Positions 28,601-41,277 of a DNA stretch of 64,000 bases are shown here, piece by piece; positions within the stretch are counted from its first letter, which is position 1, and every line of letters begins with the position of its first letter. Origin of the DNA: the human T2T-CHM13v2.0 reference genome, Homo sapiens; assembly GCA_009914755.4 (NCBI GenBank), contig CP068257.2:2496001-2560000 (forward strand), read 5' to 3'. The position numbers and the translations under genes are program-made. Below the pieces are notes generated by a model, which saw nothing but the letters and a program-made list of their open reading frames with translations, did no database searches and had not been told where the DNA came from.

Positions 28601-31600
28601 AGTGTTCTGGAATCCTAGTGGAGGGACAAACATACAGACCACAGCAGGAGTGTTCTGGAATCCTATGTGAGTGACTAACATTCAGACAGCAGTAGCAGTC
28701 TTCTGGAATCCTACGTGAGGGACAAACATTCAGACGAGAGCAGGAGTGTTCTGGAATCCTATGTGAGGGACAATCATTCAGATCACAGCTGGGGTGTTCT
28801 GGAATCCTGCATGTTGGACAAACATTCAGACCCTCGTAGCATTGTTCTGGAATCCTAAGTGAGAGACAAACATTCAGACCACAGCATGAATGTTCTGGAA
28901 TCCTATGTGAGTGACAAACTGTTAGACCCACGTAGCAGTGTTCGGGAATCGTACGTGAGGGACAAAAACTCAGAACCCAACAGCAGTGTTCTGGAATCTT
29001 AAGTGACGGACAAATATTCAGAGGACAGTAGGAGTGTTCTGGAATCCTATGTGACGGAGAATAATTCAGAACCTCGTAGCAGTGCTCTGGAATCCTATCT
29101 GATGAACAACTTTCAGACGCTTGTAACAATATTTTAGAATCCTATGTGATGGACAAACATTTAGACCCACTTAGCAGTGTTCTGGAAACGAACGTAAGGG
29201 ACAAACACTCAGAACCCAGCAGCAGTGTACTAGAATCCTAACTGAGGGAGAAACATTAAGAATAGAGCAGGAGTGTTCTGGAATCCTATGTGATGGAGAA
29301 AAATTCAGAACCCCCAGCACTGTTCTGAAATCCTATGTGATTGAGAAACGTTCAAATCACGGGAGCACTGTTCTGGTGTCCTAAGTGAGGGACAAGCATT
29401 GAGACCACAGCAGCAGTGTTCTGGAATCCTATGTGAGGGACAAACATTCAGACCCTCGTAGGAGTGTTCTGAAATCTTATGTGAGGGACAATCATTCAGA
29501 CCCTATTAGCAATGTTCTGGAATCCTATTTGAGGGAGAAACACTCAGAACCCAGCAGCAGTGTTCTGGAATACTAAGTGATGGACTAACATTCAGACCAC
29601 ACCAGCAGTGTTCTGCAATCCTATGTGAAGGACAAACATTTAGACCCACGTAGAAGTGTTCTGGAATCGTACGTGAAGAAAAAACACTCAGAACCCAACA
29701 GCAGTGTTCTGGAATCTCAAGTGAGAGACGAACATTCTGAACACAGCAGGAGTGTTCTGGAATCCTATGTGACAGAGAATAATTCAGAACCTCACAACCG
29801 TGTTATCGAATCCTATGTGACAGACAAACTTTCAGACCCTAGTAGCAGTGTTCTTGAATCCTATTTGAGGGACAAACACTGAGAATCCAGCAGCATGGTC
29901 CCGGAGTCCTATGGGAGGGACAAACCTTCAGACCACGGCAGCAGTGTTCTGGAATACAATGTGAAGGAGAAATGTTTAGACCCACGTAGCAGAGTTCTGG
30001 AATCGTATGTGTGGGACAAACACTCAGAACCCAGCAGCAGTGTTCTGGAATCCTACTTGAGGGTGAAACATTCAAACCAGAGCAGGAAATTCCTGTAATC
30101 CTAAGTGAGGTACAATAAATCAGACCATCATGGCAGTGTTCTGGAATCCAATGTGAGGGAGAAGCATGCAGAACCCAGCAGCAGTCTTCTGGAATCCTAT
30201 GTGAGGGACAAATATTCAGACCACATCAGCAGTGTTCTGGAACACTATGTGAGGGACAAACACGTAGACCCACGTGCAGTGTTCTGGAATCATAAGTGAG
30301 GGAGAAACACTCAGAATCCAGCAGCAGTGTTCTGGTGTTGTATCTGAGGGAGAAACATTCAGATCAGAGCAGGAATGTTCTGGAATCCTATGTGAGGTAC
30401 AAACGATCAGACACTGGTAGCAGTCTTCTGGAATCCTATATGAGGGATAAACACTCAGATCCCAGCAGCAGTGTTCTGGAATCCTATTCGAGGGAGAAAC
30501 ATTCAGACCAGAGCAGGAGTGTTGTGGACGCCTATGTGAGTGACAAACACTCAGAGAAAAGGAGCAGTGTTCTGGAATCCTATGTGAGTGACAAACACTC
30601 AGAGAAAAGGAGCAATGTTCTGGAATCCTATGTGAGGGCCAATCATTCAGACCACAACTGGGTTGTTGTGGAATCCTATGTGTGGGACAAACATTCAGAC
30701 CTTCATAGCATTGTTCTGGAATCCTACCTGAGGGACAAACATTCAGACCACAGCAGAAATGTTCTGGAATCCTATGTGATGGACAAATATTCAGACCACA
30801 GCAGGAGTGTTCTGGAATCCTATGTGAGTTACAAAATTGTAGACCCACGTAGCAGTGTTCTGGAATCGTAAGTGAGGAACAAACACTCAGAACCCAACAG
30901 CAGTGTGCTGGAATCCTAAGTGACGGACAAATATTCAGACAACAGGAGTGTTCTGGAATCCTATGTGACAGAGAATGATTCGGAACCTCGTACCAGTGTT
31001 CTGAAATCCTATGTGATGGACACCTTTCAGACGCTTGTAGCAATATTCTAGAATCCTATGTGATGGACTAAAATTTAGACCCACGTAGCAGTGTTCTGGA
31101 ATCGAATGTAAGGGACAAATACTCAGAACGCAGCAGTGTTCTGGAATCCTAACTGAGGGAGAAACATTCAGACGAGAGCAGGAGTGTTCTGGAATCCTAT
31201 AGGAGGAACATTCATACCAAAGCTGGGGTTTTCTGGAATCCCACGTGCAGGGCAAACATTGAGACCACAGTAGGAGTTTTCTGGAATCCTATGTGATGGA
31301 GAATAATTCAGAACCCCGTAGCACTGTTCTGGAATCCCATGTGACGGAGAAATGTTCAAACGACAGGAGCACTGTTCCTGTATCCTAAGTGAGGGACAAG
31401 CATTCAGACCACAGCAGCAGTGTTCTGGAATCCTATGTGAGGGACAGACATTGAGACCCTCGTAGGAGTGTTCTGGAATCTTATGTGAGGGATAAACATT
31501 CAGACCCTCGTAACATTGTTCCGGAATCCTAAGTGAGGGACAAACATACAGACCACAGCAGGAGTGTTCTGTAATCCTATGTGAGGGACAAACATTCAGA

Positions 31601-34600
31601 CCACCAAAGGCGTGTTCTGGAATCCTATGTGAGGGACAAACATTCAGACCCTCGTAGTAGTGTTCTGGAATCTTTTGTGAGGGACAAACTTTCAGACCTC
31701 CATAGCAGTGTTCTGGAATCCTATGTGAGGGACAAACCTTCACACCACAGCATCAGTGTTCTGGAATACTATGTGATGGACAAACATTCAGACCCTCGTA
31801 GCAGTGTTCTGGAATCTTATGTGAGGGACAAACATTCAGACCCTTGTAGCATTGTTCCGGAATCCTAAGTGAGGGACAAACATACAGACAACAGCAGGAG
31901 TGTTCTGCAATTCCATGTGAGGAACAAACACTCAGAACCCAACAGCAGTGTTCTGGAATCCTAAGTAAGGGACAAACATTCAGACCACAGCAGGAGTGTT
32001 CTGGAAGCCTATGTGTGGAGAATAATTCAGAACTTCGTAGCAGTGTTCTGGAATCCTATGTGATGTACAAACGTTCAGGCCACAGCAACAGTGTTCTGGA
32101 ATCCTATGTGAGGGACAAACATTCAGAACCTCATAGCAGTGTTCTGGAATCCTATGTGAGGGAAAAACATTCATACTCTCATAGCAGTGTTCTGGAATCT
32201 TATGTGAGGGACAAACATTCAGACCTTTGTAGTAGAGATCTGGAATCCTATATAAGGGACACACACTCAGAACCCAACAGCAGTGTTTTGGAATCCTAAG
32301 TGAGGGACAAACATTCAGACCACAGCAGGAGTGTTCTGGAATCCTATGTGATGGACAACCTTTCAGACCCTCGTATCAGTGTTCTGGAATCCTATATGAT
32401 GGACAAATACTTAGACACACGTAGCAGTGTTCTGGGATCGTATGTGAGGGACAAACACTCAGAAGCCAGCATCAGTGTTCTCGAATCCTATCTGAGGGAG
32501 AAACATTCAGACCAGTGCAGGAGTGTTTTGGAATCACATATCAGGGCAAATATTTAGACACACATAGTAGTGTTCTGGAATCGTATGTGAGAGACAAACA
32601 CTCGCAACCCAACAGCAGTGTTCTGGAATCCTAAGTGAGGGACAAGCATTGAGACCACAGAAGGAGTGTTCTGAAATCCTATGTAATGGACAAAGTTTCA
32701 GACCATCGTAGCAGTGGTCTGGAATCCTATGTGTGGGACAAACATTCAGACCCTCGTAGCAGTGTTCTGGAATCCTATGTGAGGGAGAAACACTCAGAAC
32801 CCAGCAGCAGTGTTCTGGAATCTTATATGAGGGTCAATCATTCATGTCACAGCTGAGGTATTCTGGAATTCTACCTGTGGGACAAACATTGAGACCTTTG
32901 TAACATTGTTCTGGAATGCTAAGTGAGGGACAAACATTCAGAACCCAGCGGGAGTGTTCTGGAATCCTATGTGAGGGACATACATTCAGACCATAGCAGC
33001 AGTGTTCTGGAATCCTATGTGTGGGACAAACATTCAGACCCTCGTAGCAGTGTTCTGGAATCCTATGTGAGGGAGAAACACTCACAACCCAGCAGCAGTG
33101 TTCTGGAATCCTGTATGAGGAAAAAGCATTCAGACTACAGCAGCATTGTTCTGGAATAGTATGTGAGGGACAAACATTTAGACCCACGTAGCAGTGTTCT
33201 GGAATCTTACGTGAGGGACAAACACTCAGAACACACCAGCAGTGTTCTGGTATCCTGAGGGACAAACAGTCAGACGACAGCAGGTCTGTTCTGGAATCAT
33301 ATGTGACGGGGAATAATTAAGAAACTCGTAGCAGTGTCTGAAATCCTATGTGATGGAAAAACTTTCAGACCCTCGTAACACTGTTCTGGAGTCCTATATA
33401 AGGGACAAACATTTAGACCCAAGTAGCAGTGTTCTGGAATCGTACGTGAGGGACAAACACTCAGAACCCAGTAGCAGCGTTATGGAATCCTATGTGAGGG
33501 TCAATCACTCAAACCACACCTGTGGTGTTCTGAAATCCTTCGTGTGACATAAACATTCAGACACTCGTAGCATTCTTTTGGAATCCTCAGAGAGGGACAG
33601 ACATTCAGACCACAGCAGGAGTGTTCTGGAATCATATGTGAGGGACAAACATTCACAGCAGAACAGTAGTGTTCTGGATTCCTATGTCAGGTACAAACAT
33701 TCAGACCCTCATAGCAGTGTTCTGGAGTCCTATGTGGAGGAGAGACATTCAGACTCTCGTAGCAGTGTTCTGGAATCCTATGTGTGGGACAAACACTGTG
33801 AACCCAGCAGCAGTATTCTGGAATCCTATGTGAGGGAAATAACATTCAGAATACAGCAGGAGTGTTCTGGAATCCTATGTGTGGGAGAAATATTTAGACC
33901 CACGTAGCAGTGTTCTGGAATCGTAAGTGAGGGACAAACACTCAGAACCAAACAGGAGTGTTCTGGAATCCTATTTGAGGGACAAATATTCAGACACTCA
34001 TAGCAGTGTTCTGGAATTCTATGTGATGGACAAACTTTCAGACCTTTGTAGCAGCGTTCTGGAATCCTATGTGATGGACAAGCATTTAGACACACGTAGC
34101 AGTGTTCTTGGATCCTATGTGAGGGACAAACACTCAGAAGCCAGCAGCAGTGTTCTGGAATCCTATCTGAGGGAGAAATATTCAAACCAGAGCAGTAGTG
34201 TTATGGAATCCTATATGAGGTACAATCATTCAGATTCTCGAAGCAGTGTTCTGGAATCATATGTGAGGAGAAACACTCAGAACCCAGCAGCAGTGTTCTG
34301 GAATCCTATGTGAGGGAGAGTCATTCAGATCACTGCTGGGGTGTTCTGGAATCCTACGTGTGGGACAAACATTCAGACCCTCGTAGTACTGTTATGGAAT
34401 CCTAAGTGAGGAACAGACATTCAGTCCAAAGCAGTAGCGTTCTGGAATACTAAGTGAGTACAACATTCAGACAACAGCAGCAGTGTTCTGGAATCTTGTT
34501 TGAGGGACAAAGTTTCAGATCCTCTTAGCAGCGTTCTCAAATCCCATATGTGGGGCAAACATTCTGTCCCACGTAGCAGTGTTCTGGAATAGTACGTGAG

Positions 34601-37600
34601 GGAAAAACCCTCAATCCCAGCAACAGTTTTCTGGAATCCTATATGAGGGACAAACATTCAGACCACAGCAGGAGTGTTCTGGAATCCTATGGGACGGACA
34701 AACATTTAGACCCACATAGCAGTGTTCTGGAATCTTACACGAGGGACTAAATCTCAGAACCCAACAGCAGTGATCTGGAATCCTAAGTAAGGGACAAACA
34801 TTCAGAACACAGCAGGAGTGTTCTGAAATCCTATGTGACATAGAATAGTTCAGAACCTCGTAGCAGTGTTCTGTAATCCTATGTGATGAACAAAAATTCA
34901 GACCACAGCAGCAGTGTTCTGGAATCCTAAATGAGGGATGAACATTCAGACAACTGCAGAAGTGTTCTGGAATCCTATGTTAGGGACAAACATTCAGACC
35001 ACAGCATCAGTGTTCTGGAATCCTATGTGAGAGACAAACATTCAGAGCCTCGTAGCAGTGTTCTGGAGTCCTATGTGAGGGACAAACATTTACACCCACC
35101 TAGCAGTGTTCTTGAAATGTACTTGAGGGACAAGCACTCAGAACCCAACAGCAGTGTTCTCAAATCCTAAACGAGGGACAAACATTCAGACCACAGCAGG
35201 AGTGTTCTGGAATCTTTTGTGATGAACAAAAATTCAGACCACAGCAGCAGTGTTCTGGAATAGCATGTGAGGTACAAACATTCAGACCCTTGTAGCTGTG
35301 TTTTGGAATCTTATGTGAAGGAGATACACTCAGAATCCACCAGCAGTGTTCTGGAATCCTATGTGAGGTACAAACATTCAGATCACAGCAGGAGTGTTAT
35401 GGAATCCTATGAGAGTTACAAACATTAAGACTCACGTAGCAGTGTTCTGGAATCGTAAGTGAGGGACAAACACTTAGAACCCAGCAGCAGTGTTCTGGAA
35501 TCCTAAGTGAGGGACAATCATTCAAAGCACAGTAGGAGTGTTCTGGAATCCCATGAGAGGGAGAAACACATAAAATGCAGCAGCAGTATTCTGGAATCTT
35601 ATGTGAGGGACAATCATTCAGACCACAGCTGGGGTGTTCTGGAATCCTACGTGTGGGACAAACATACAGACCCCCGTAGCATTGTTCCAGAATCCTAAGT
35701 GAAGGACAAACATACAGACCACAGCAGGAGTGTTCTGGAATCCTATGTGAGGGACAAACACTCTGACCACAGCAGCAGTGTTCTGGAATCGTGGGTGAGG
35801 GACAAACATTCAGACCACAGCAGGAGTGTTCTGGAATCCTATGTGAGGGATAAACATTCAGACGAAAGCAGCAGTGTTGTGGAACCCTATCTGAGGGACA
35901 AACATTCAGACCCTCGTAGCAGTGTTCTGGAACCTTATGTGATGGACAAACATTCAGACCTTCGTAGCTGTGTTCTGGAATCCTATATGAGCGACAAACA
36001 CTCGAAACCCAGCAGCAGTGTTCTGGAATCCTATGTGAGGCAAAAACATTCAGACCATCGTAACAGTGTTCTGGAATCTTTTGTTCGGGAGAAACATTCA
36101 GAACCTCGTAGCAGTGTACTGGAATCCTATGTGAGGGAAAAACATTCAGAACCCGGCAGCAATGTTCTGGAATCCTATGTGAGGGACAAAGATTTATTCC
36201 TACGTAGCAGTGTTCTTGAATCGTACGTGAGGGGCAAACACTCAGAACCCAACAGCAGTGTTCTGGAATCCTAAGTGGGGGACAAAAATTCAGACCACAG
36301 CAGGAGTGTTGTAGAATCCTATACGATGGAGAATATTTCAGAACCCCGTAGAAGTGTTCTAGAATCCTATATGATGGACAAATTTTCAGACTCTCTTAGC
36401 AGTGTTCTGGAATTCTGTGTTATGGACAATCATTTAGACCCACGTAGCATTGTTCTGGAATCTTACGTGAGGTACAAACACTCAGAAAACAGCAGCAGTG
36501 TTCTGGACACCTATCTGTGGGACAAATATTCAGACAACAGCATGATTTTTCTGGAATCTTATGTGAGGTACAATCATTCAGACCCTCGTAGCAGTGTTCT
36601 CGAATCCTATGTGAGGCAGAAAAATTCAGACCAAAGCAGGAGTGTTCTAGAATCCTATGTGACGGAGAACAATTCAGAACCTCGTAGAGTTGTTCTGGAA
36701 TCCTATGTGATGGATAAACATACAGACCACATCATCAGTGTTCTGGAATCCTAAGTGTGGGACAAACATTCAGACCCTCGTAGCACTGTTCTGGAATCCT
36801 AAGTGAGGGACAAACATTCAGTCCACAGCAGGAGGGTTCTAGAATCCTAAGTGAGGACAACATTCAGACCACAGCAGCAGTGTTCTGGAATCCTATTTAA
36901 GGGACAAACTTTCAGATCCTCTTAGCAGTGTTCTCAAATCCTATATGAGGTACAAACATGCAGACTCACGTAGCCTTGTTCTGGAATCGTACGTGAGGGA
37001 CAAATACTCAATCCCAGCAACAGTTTTCTGGAATCCTATCTGAGGGAAAAACATTCAGACTACAGCAGGAGTGTTGTGGAATTCTATGTGACAGACAAAT
37101 ATTTAGACCCACATAGCAGTGTTCTGGAATCGTACTTGAGGGACAAAAACTCAGAACCCAAGAGCAGAGTTCTGGAATCCTAAGTGAGGGACAAACATTC
37201 AGACCACAACAGGAGTGCTCTAGAATTCTATGTGAGGGACAAACATACAGACCACAGCAGCAATGTTTTGGAATCCAATGTGAGAGACAAACATTCAGAC
37301 CACAGCAACAGTGTTCTGGAATCCTGGGTAAGGGACAAACATTCAGACCACAGCAGGAGTGTTCTGGAGTCCTATGTGAGGAACAAACATTCAGACCCTC
37401 ATATCAGTGTTCCGGAATCTTGTGTGAGGGACAAACACTGAGAACCCAGCAGCAGTGTTCTGGAATCCAATGTGATGGATAAACTTTCAGACATTCGTAG
37501 GAGTGTTCTGGAATCCTTTGTGATGGACAAACACTTAGACCCACGTAACAGTGTCCTGGAATCTTACGTGACGGAAATCCACTCAGAACCCAGCAGTAGT

Positions 37601-38131
37601 GTTCTGGAACCCTATCTGATGGAGAAATATTGAGACTGGAAGAGGAGTGTTGTGGAATCCTATGTGAGGTACAAACATTCAGGAACTCATAGCATTGTTC
37701 TGGAATCCTATGTGATTGAGAAACACTCAGAACCCAGTAGCAGTGTTCTGGAATCCTATGTGAGGACAATCATTCATACCACATCTTGGGTGTTCTGGAA
37801 TCTTAAGTGAGGGACAAACATTCAGACCACAGCAGCCGTGTTCTGGAATAAAATGTGAGGGACAAACATTCAGACCACAGCAAGATTGTTCTGGAATCCT
37901 ATGTGAAGGACAAACATTTAGACCCACATATCAGTGTTCTGTAATCGTACGTGAGGGACAAACACTCAGAACCCAGCAGCAGTGTTCTGGAATCCTGTCT
38001 GAGGGAGAAACATTCAGACCAGATCAGGAATGTTCTGGAATCCTAGGTGAGGGACAATCAGTGAGGGCGGTGGTGGATTCCAGAACAATGCTTCCTGTGT
38101 CTAAATGTTTTGCCCTCACAATCCTAAGTGA
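4619..38131 (-). repeat. Same 48-bp satellite in inverted orientation (unit approx. ggaatcctatgtgagggacaaacattcagaccacagcaggagtgttct), about 700 units.
   Basis: The unit is the reverse complement of the orientation-A unit. The periodic peptide sets swap strands in the ORF track from about 4.6 kb onward. The array is continuous to 38,131 with no interspersed-repeat insertions. Confidence 0.92.
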
Positions 38132-38685
38132 GGGAGATTTTGGACTGAGTCGATGGTGTTTTCTATATATACAATCATGTCATCTGCAAACAGGGACAAT
38201 TTGAATTCCTCTTTTCCCAATTGAATGCCCTTTATTTCCTTCTCCTGCCTAATTCCCCTGGCCAGAACTTCCAACACTATGTTGTATGGGAGTGGTGAGA
38301 GAGGACATCCCTGTTTTGTGCCAGTTTTCAAAGGGAATGCTTACAGTTTTTGCCTGTTCAGTATGATATTGGCTGTGGGTTTGTCATAGATAGCTCTTAT
38401 TATTTTGAGATACGTCCCATCAATATCTAATTTATTGAGAGTTTTTAGCATGAAGTGTTGTTGAATTTTGTCAAAGGCCTTTTCTACATCTATTGATATG
38501 ATCATGTGGTTTTTGTCTTTGGTTCTGTTCATATGCTGGATTACGTTTATTGATTTGCATATATTGAGCCAGGCTTGCATCCCAGGGATGAAGCCCACTT
38601 GATCATGGTGGATAAGCTTTTTAATGTGTTGCTGGATTCGGTTTGCCAGTATTTTGTTGAGGATTTTTGCATCAAAGTTCATCAA
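38116..38685 (-). pseudogene. L1 ORF2 reverse-transcriptase fragment (two ORF pieces) ending near the FADDMIVY active-site motif at the satellite junction.
   Basis: Translations ..[27 protein letters not shown].. and ..[52 protein letters not shown].. are visible. Confidence 0.8.
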
Positions 38686-38767
38686 GAATATTGGTCTAAA
38701 ATTGTCTTTTTTTGTTGTGTCTCTGTCAGACTTTCGTGTCAGGATGGTGTTGGCCTCATAAAATAAG

Positions 38768-39490
38768 TTAGGGAGGATTCTGTCTTTCTATTGGTTGGAA
38801 TAGCGTCAGAAGGAATGGTACCAGCTCCTCCTTGTACCTCTGGTACAATTCGGCTGTGAATCCATCTGCTTCTGGACTTTTTTTGATTGGTAAGTTATTA
38901 ATTACTTCCTCAACTTCAGAGTCTGTTACTGGTCTATTCAGAGATTCAACTTCTTCCTGGTTTAGTCTTGGGAGGGTGTATGTGTCGAGGAATTTATCCA
39001 TTTCTTCTAGATTTTCTAGTTTATTTACGTAGTGGTGTTTATAGTATTCTCTGATGGTAGTTTGTATGTCTGTGGGATCAGTGGTGATATCCCCTTTATC
39101 AATTTTTATTGCGTCTATTTGATTCTTCTCTCTTTTCTTCTTTGTTAGTCTTGCCAGTGGTCTATCAATTTTGTTGATCTTTTCAAAAAACCAGCTCCTG
39201 GACTCATTAATTTTTTGAGGGGTTTTTTGTGTCTCTATTTCCTTCAGTTCTGCTCTGATCTTAGTTATCTCTTGCCTTCTGCTAGCTTTTGAATGTGTTT
39301 GCTCTTGCTTCTCTATTTCTTTTAATTGTGATGTTAGGGTGTCAATTTTAGATTTTTCCTGCTTTCTCTTGTGTTCATTTAGTGCTATAAATTTCCCTCT
39401 ACACGCTGCTTTGAATGTGTCCCAGAGATTCTGGTATGTTGTGTATCTGTCCTCGTTGGTTTCAAAAAACAGCTTTATTTCTGCCTTCAT
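38768..39490 (-). pseudogene. L1 ORF2 linker region between the EN and RT domains.
   Basis: Translation [49 protein letters not shown]... is characteristic of L1 ORF2. Confidence 0.78.
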
Positions 39491-39502
39491 TTCGTTATGT
39501 AC

Positions 39503-40174
39503 CTAATAGTCATTTCGGAGCCGGCTGTTAAGTTTCCATGTAGCTGAGCGGTTTTGAGTGAGTTTCTTAATCCTGAGTTCTAGTTTGATTGCACTGTGAT
39601 CTGAGAGACAGTTTGTTATAATTTCTGTTCTTTTACATTTGCTGAGGAGTGCTTTACTTCCAACTATGTGGTCCATTTTGGAATAGTTGTGGTGTGGTGC
39701 TGAAAAACATGTATATTCTGTTGATTTGGGGAGGAGAGTTCTGTAGATGTCTGTTAGGTCTGCTTGGTGCAGAGCTGAGTTCAATTCCTGGATATCCTTG
39801 TTAAATTTCTGTCTCACTGATCTGTCTAATGTTGACAGTGGGGTGTTAAAGTCTCCCGTTATTATTGTGTGGGAGTCTACGTCTCTTTGTAGGTCACTAA
39901 GGACTTGCTCCATGAATCTGGGTGCTCTTGTATTGGGTGCATGTATATTTAGGATAGTTTTCTCTTCTTGTTGAATTGATCCCTTTACCATTATGTAATG
40001 GCCTTCTTTGTCTCTTTTGATCTTTGTTGGTTTAAAGTCTGTTTTATCCAAGACTGGGATTGCAACCCCTGCCTTATTCTGTTTTCCATTTGCTTCGTAG
40101 ATCTTCCTCCATCCCTTTATTTTGAGCCTATGTGTGTCTCTGCACGTGAGATGGGTTTCCTGAATACAGCACAC
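39503..40174 (-). pseudogene. L1 ORF2 endonuclease-domain fragment.
   Basis: Translation CCIQETHL...GDFNTPLS..DR... is typical of the L1 ORF2 EN domain. Confidence 0.8.
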
Positions 40175-41031
40175 TGATGAGTCTTGACTCTTTATCCAAT
40201 TTGCCAGTCTGTGTCTTTTAATTGGAGCATTTAGGCCATTTACATTTAAGGTTCATATTGTTATGTGTGAATTTGATCCTGTTATTACTATGTCAGCTGG
40301 TTATTTTGCTCGTTAGTTGATGCAGTTTCTTCCTAGCCTTAATGGTCTTTGCAATTTGGCATGTTTTTGCAGTGGCTGGTACCAATTTTTCCTTTCCACG
40401 TTTAGTACTTCCTTCAGGAGCTCTTTTAGGGCAGGCCTGGTGGTGACAAAATCTCTCAACATTTGCTTGTCTGTAAAGTATTTTATTTCTCCTTCACTGA
40501 TGAAGCTTGTTTGACTGGATATGAAATTCTGGGTTGAAATTTTTTTTCTTTAAGAATGTTGAATATTGGCCCCCACTCTCTTCTGGCTTGTAGAGTTTCT
40601 GCTGAGATGTCTGCTGTTAGTGTGATTGGTTTCCCTTTGTGGTTAACCCGACCTTTCCCTCTGGCTGCCCTTAACATTTTTTCCTTCATTTCAACTTTGG
40701 TGAATCTGACAATTATGTGTCTTGGAGTTGCTCTTCTCGAGGATTATTTTTGTGGCATTCTCTGCATTTCCTGAATTTGAGTGTTGGCCTGCATTGCTAG
40801 ATTGGGAAAGTTCTCCTGGATAATATACTGCAGAGTGATTTCCAACTTGGTTCCATTCTCCCCGTCACTTTCAGGTACACCAATCAGACCTACATTTGGT
40901 CTTTTCACATAGTACCATATTTCTTGGAGGATTTGTTCATTTCTTTTTTTTCATTTTTCTCTAAACATTTCTTCTCACTTCACTTCATTCATTTCATCTT
41001 CCATTGCTGATACCCTTTCTTCCAGGTGATC

Positions 41032-41277
41032 TCATTGGCTACTGAGGCTTGTGCATTTGTCACGTATTTCTCGTGCCACGGTTTTCAGCTCCATCAGGTC
41101 CTTTAAGGACTTCTCTGCTTTGGTTATTCTAGTGAGCCATTCGTCTAATTTTTTTTCAAGGTTTTTAACTTCTTTGCCATTCATTCGAACTTCCGCCTTT
41201 AGCTTGGAGTACTTTGATCTTCTGAAGCCTTCTTGTCTCAACTTGTCAAAGTCATTCTCCATCCAGCTTTGTTCCAT
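41032..41277 (-). pseudogene. L1 ORF1p N-terminal fragment (..EQSWMENDFDKLRQEGFRRS..). The remainder of ORF1 is disrupted.
   Basis: The translation matches the conserved L1 ORF1 N-terminal/coiled-coil region. There is no long ORF through 40,300-41,030. Confidence 0.7.

Noticed and set aside
441-38000. Hundreds of 60-290-aa ORFs on both strands tiling the 48-bp array (e.g. 26,421-27,284 +, 287 aa; 28,377-29,129 -, 250 aa), with Cys/His-rich periodic peptides that superficially resemble metal-binding repeats.
   Set aside because: They are a direct consequence of a 48-nt (16-codon) unit lacking stop codons in one frame per strand. The periodicity is exactly 16 aa and the ORFs overlap on opposite strands. 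Starts are arbitrary internal Met codons. There are no promoters or splice signals. They are not protein-coding genes.
1-38131. Centromere-function signal (CENP-B box) or telomeric TTAGGG tracts within the satellite.
   Set aside because: No TTCG....A..CGGG-type box and no TTAGGG runs are visible in the unit. The GGAAT/CATTC pentamers inside the unit occur once per unit, not as HSat2/3 tracts.
38116-41277. ORFs with reverse-transcriptase, endonuclease and ORF1-like translations on the minus strand.
   Set aside because: These belong to a LINE-1 retrotransposon, not to cellular genes. The ORFs are fragmented by frameshifts and stops and the element is 3'-truncated. I annotate them as L1 pseudo-ORFs only.
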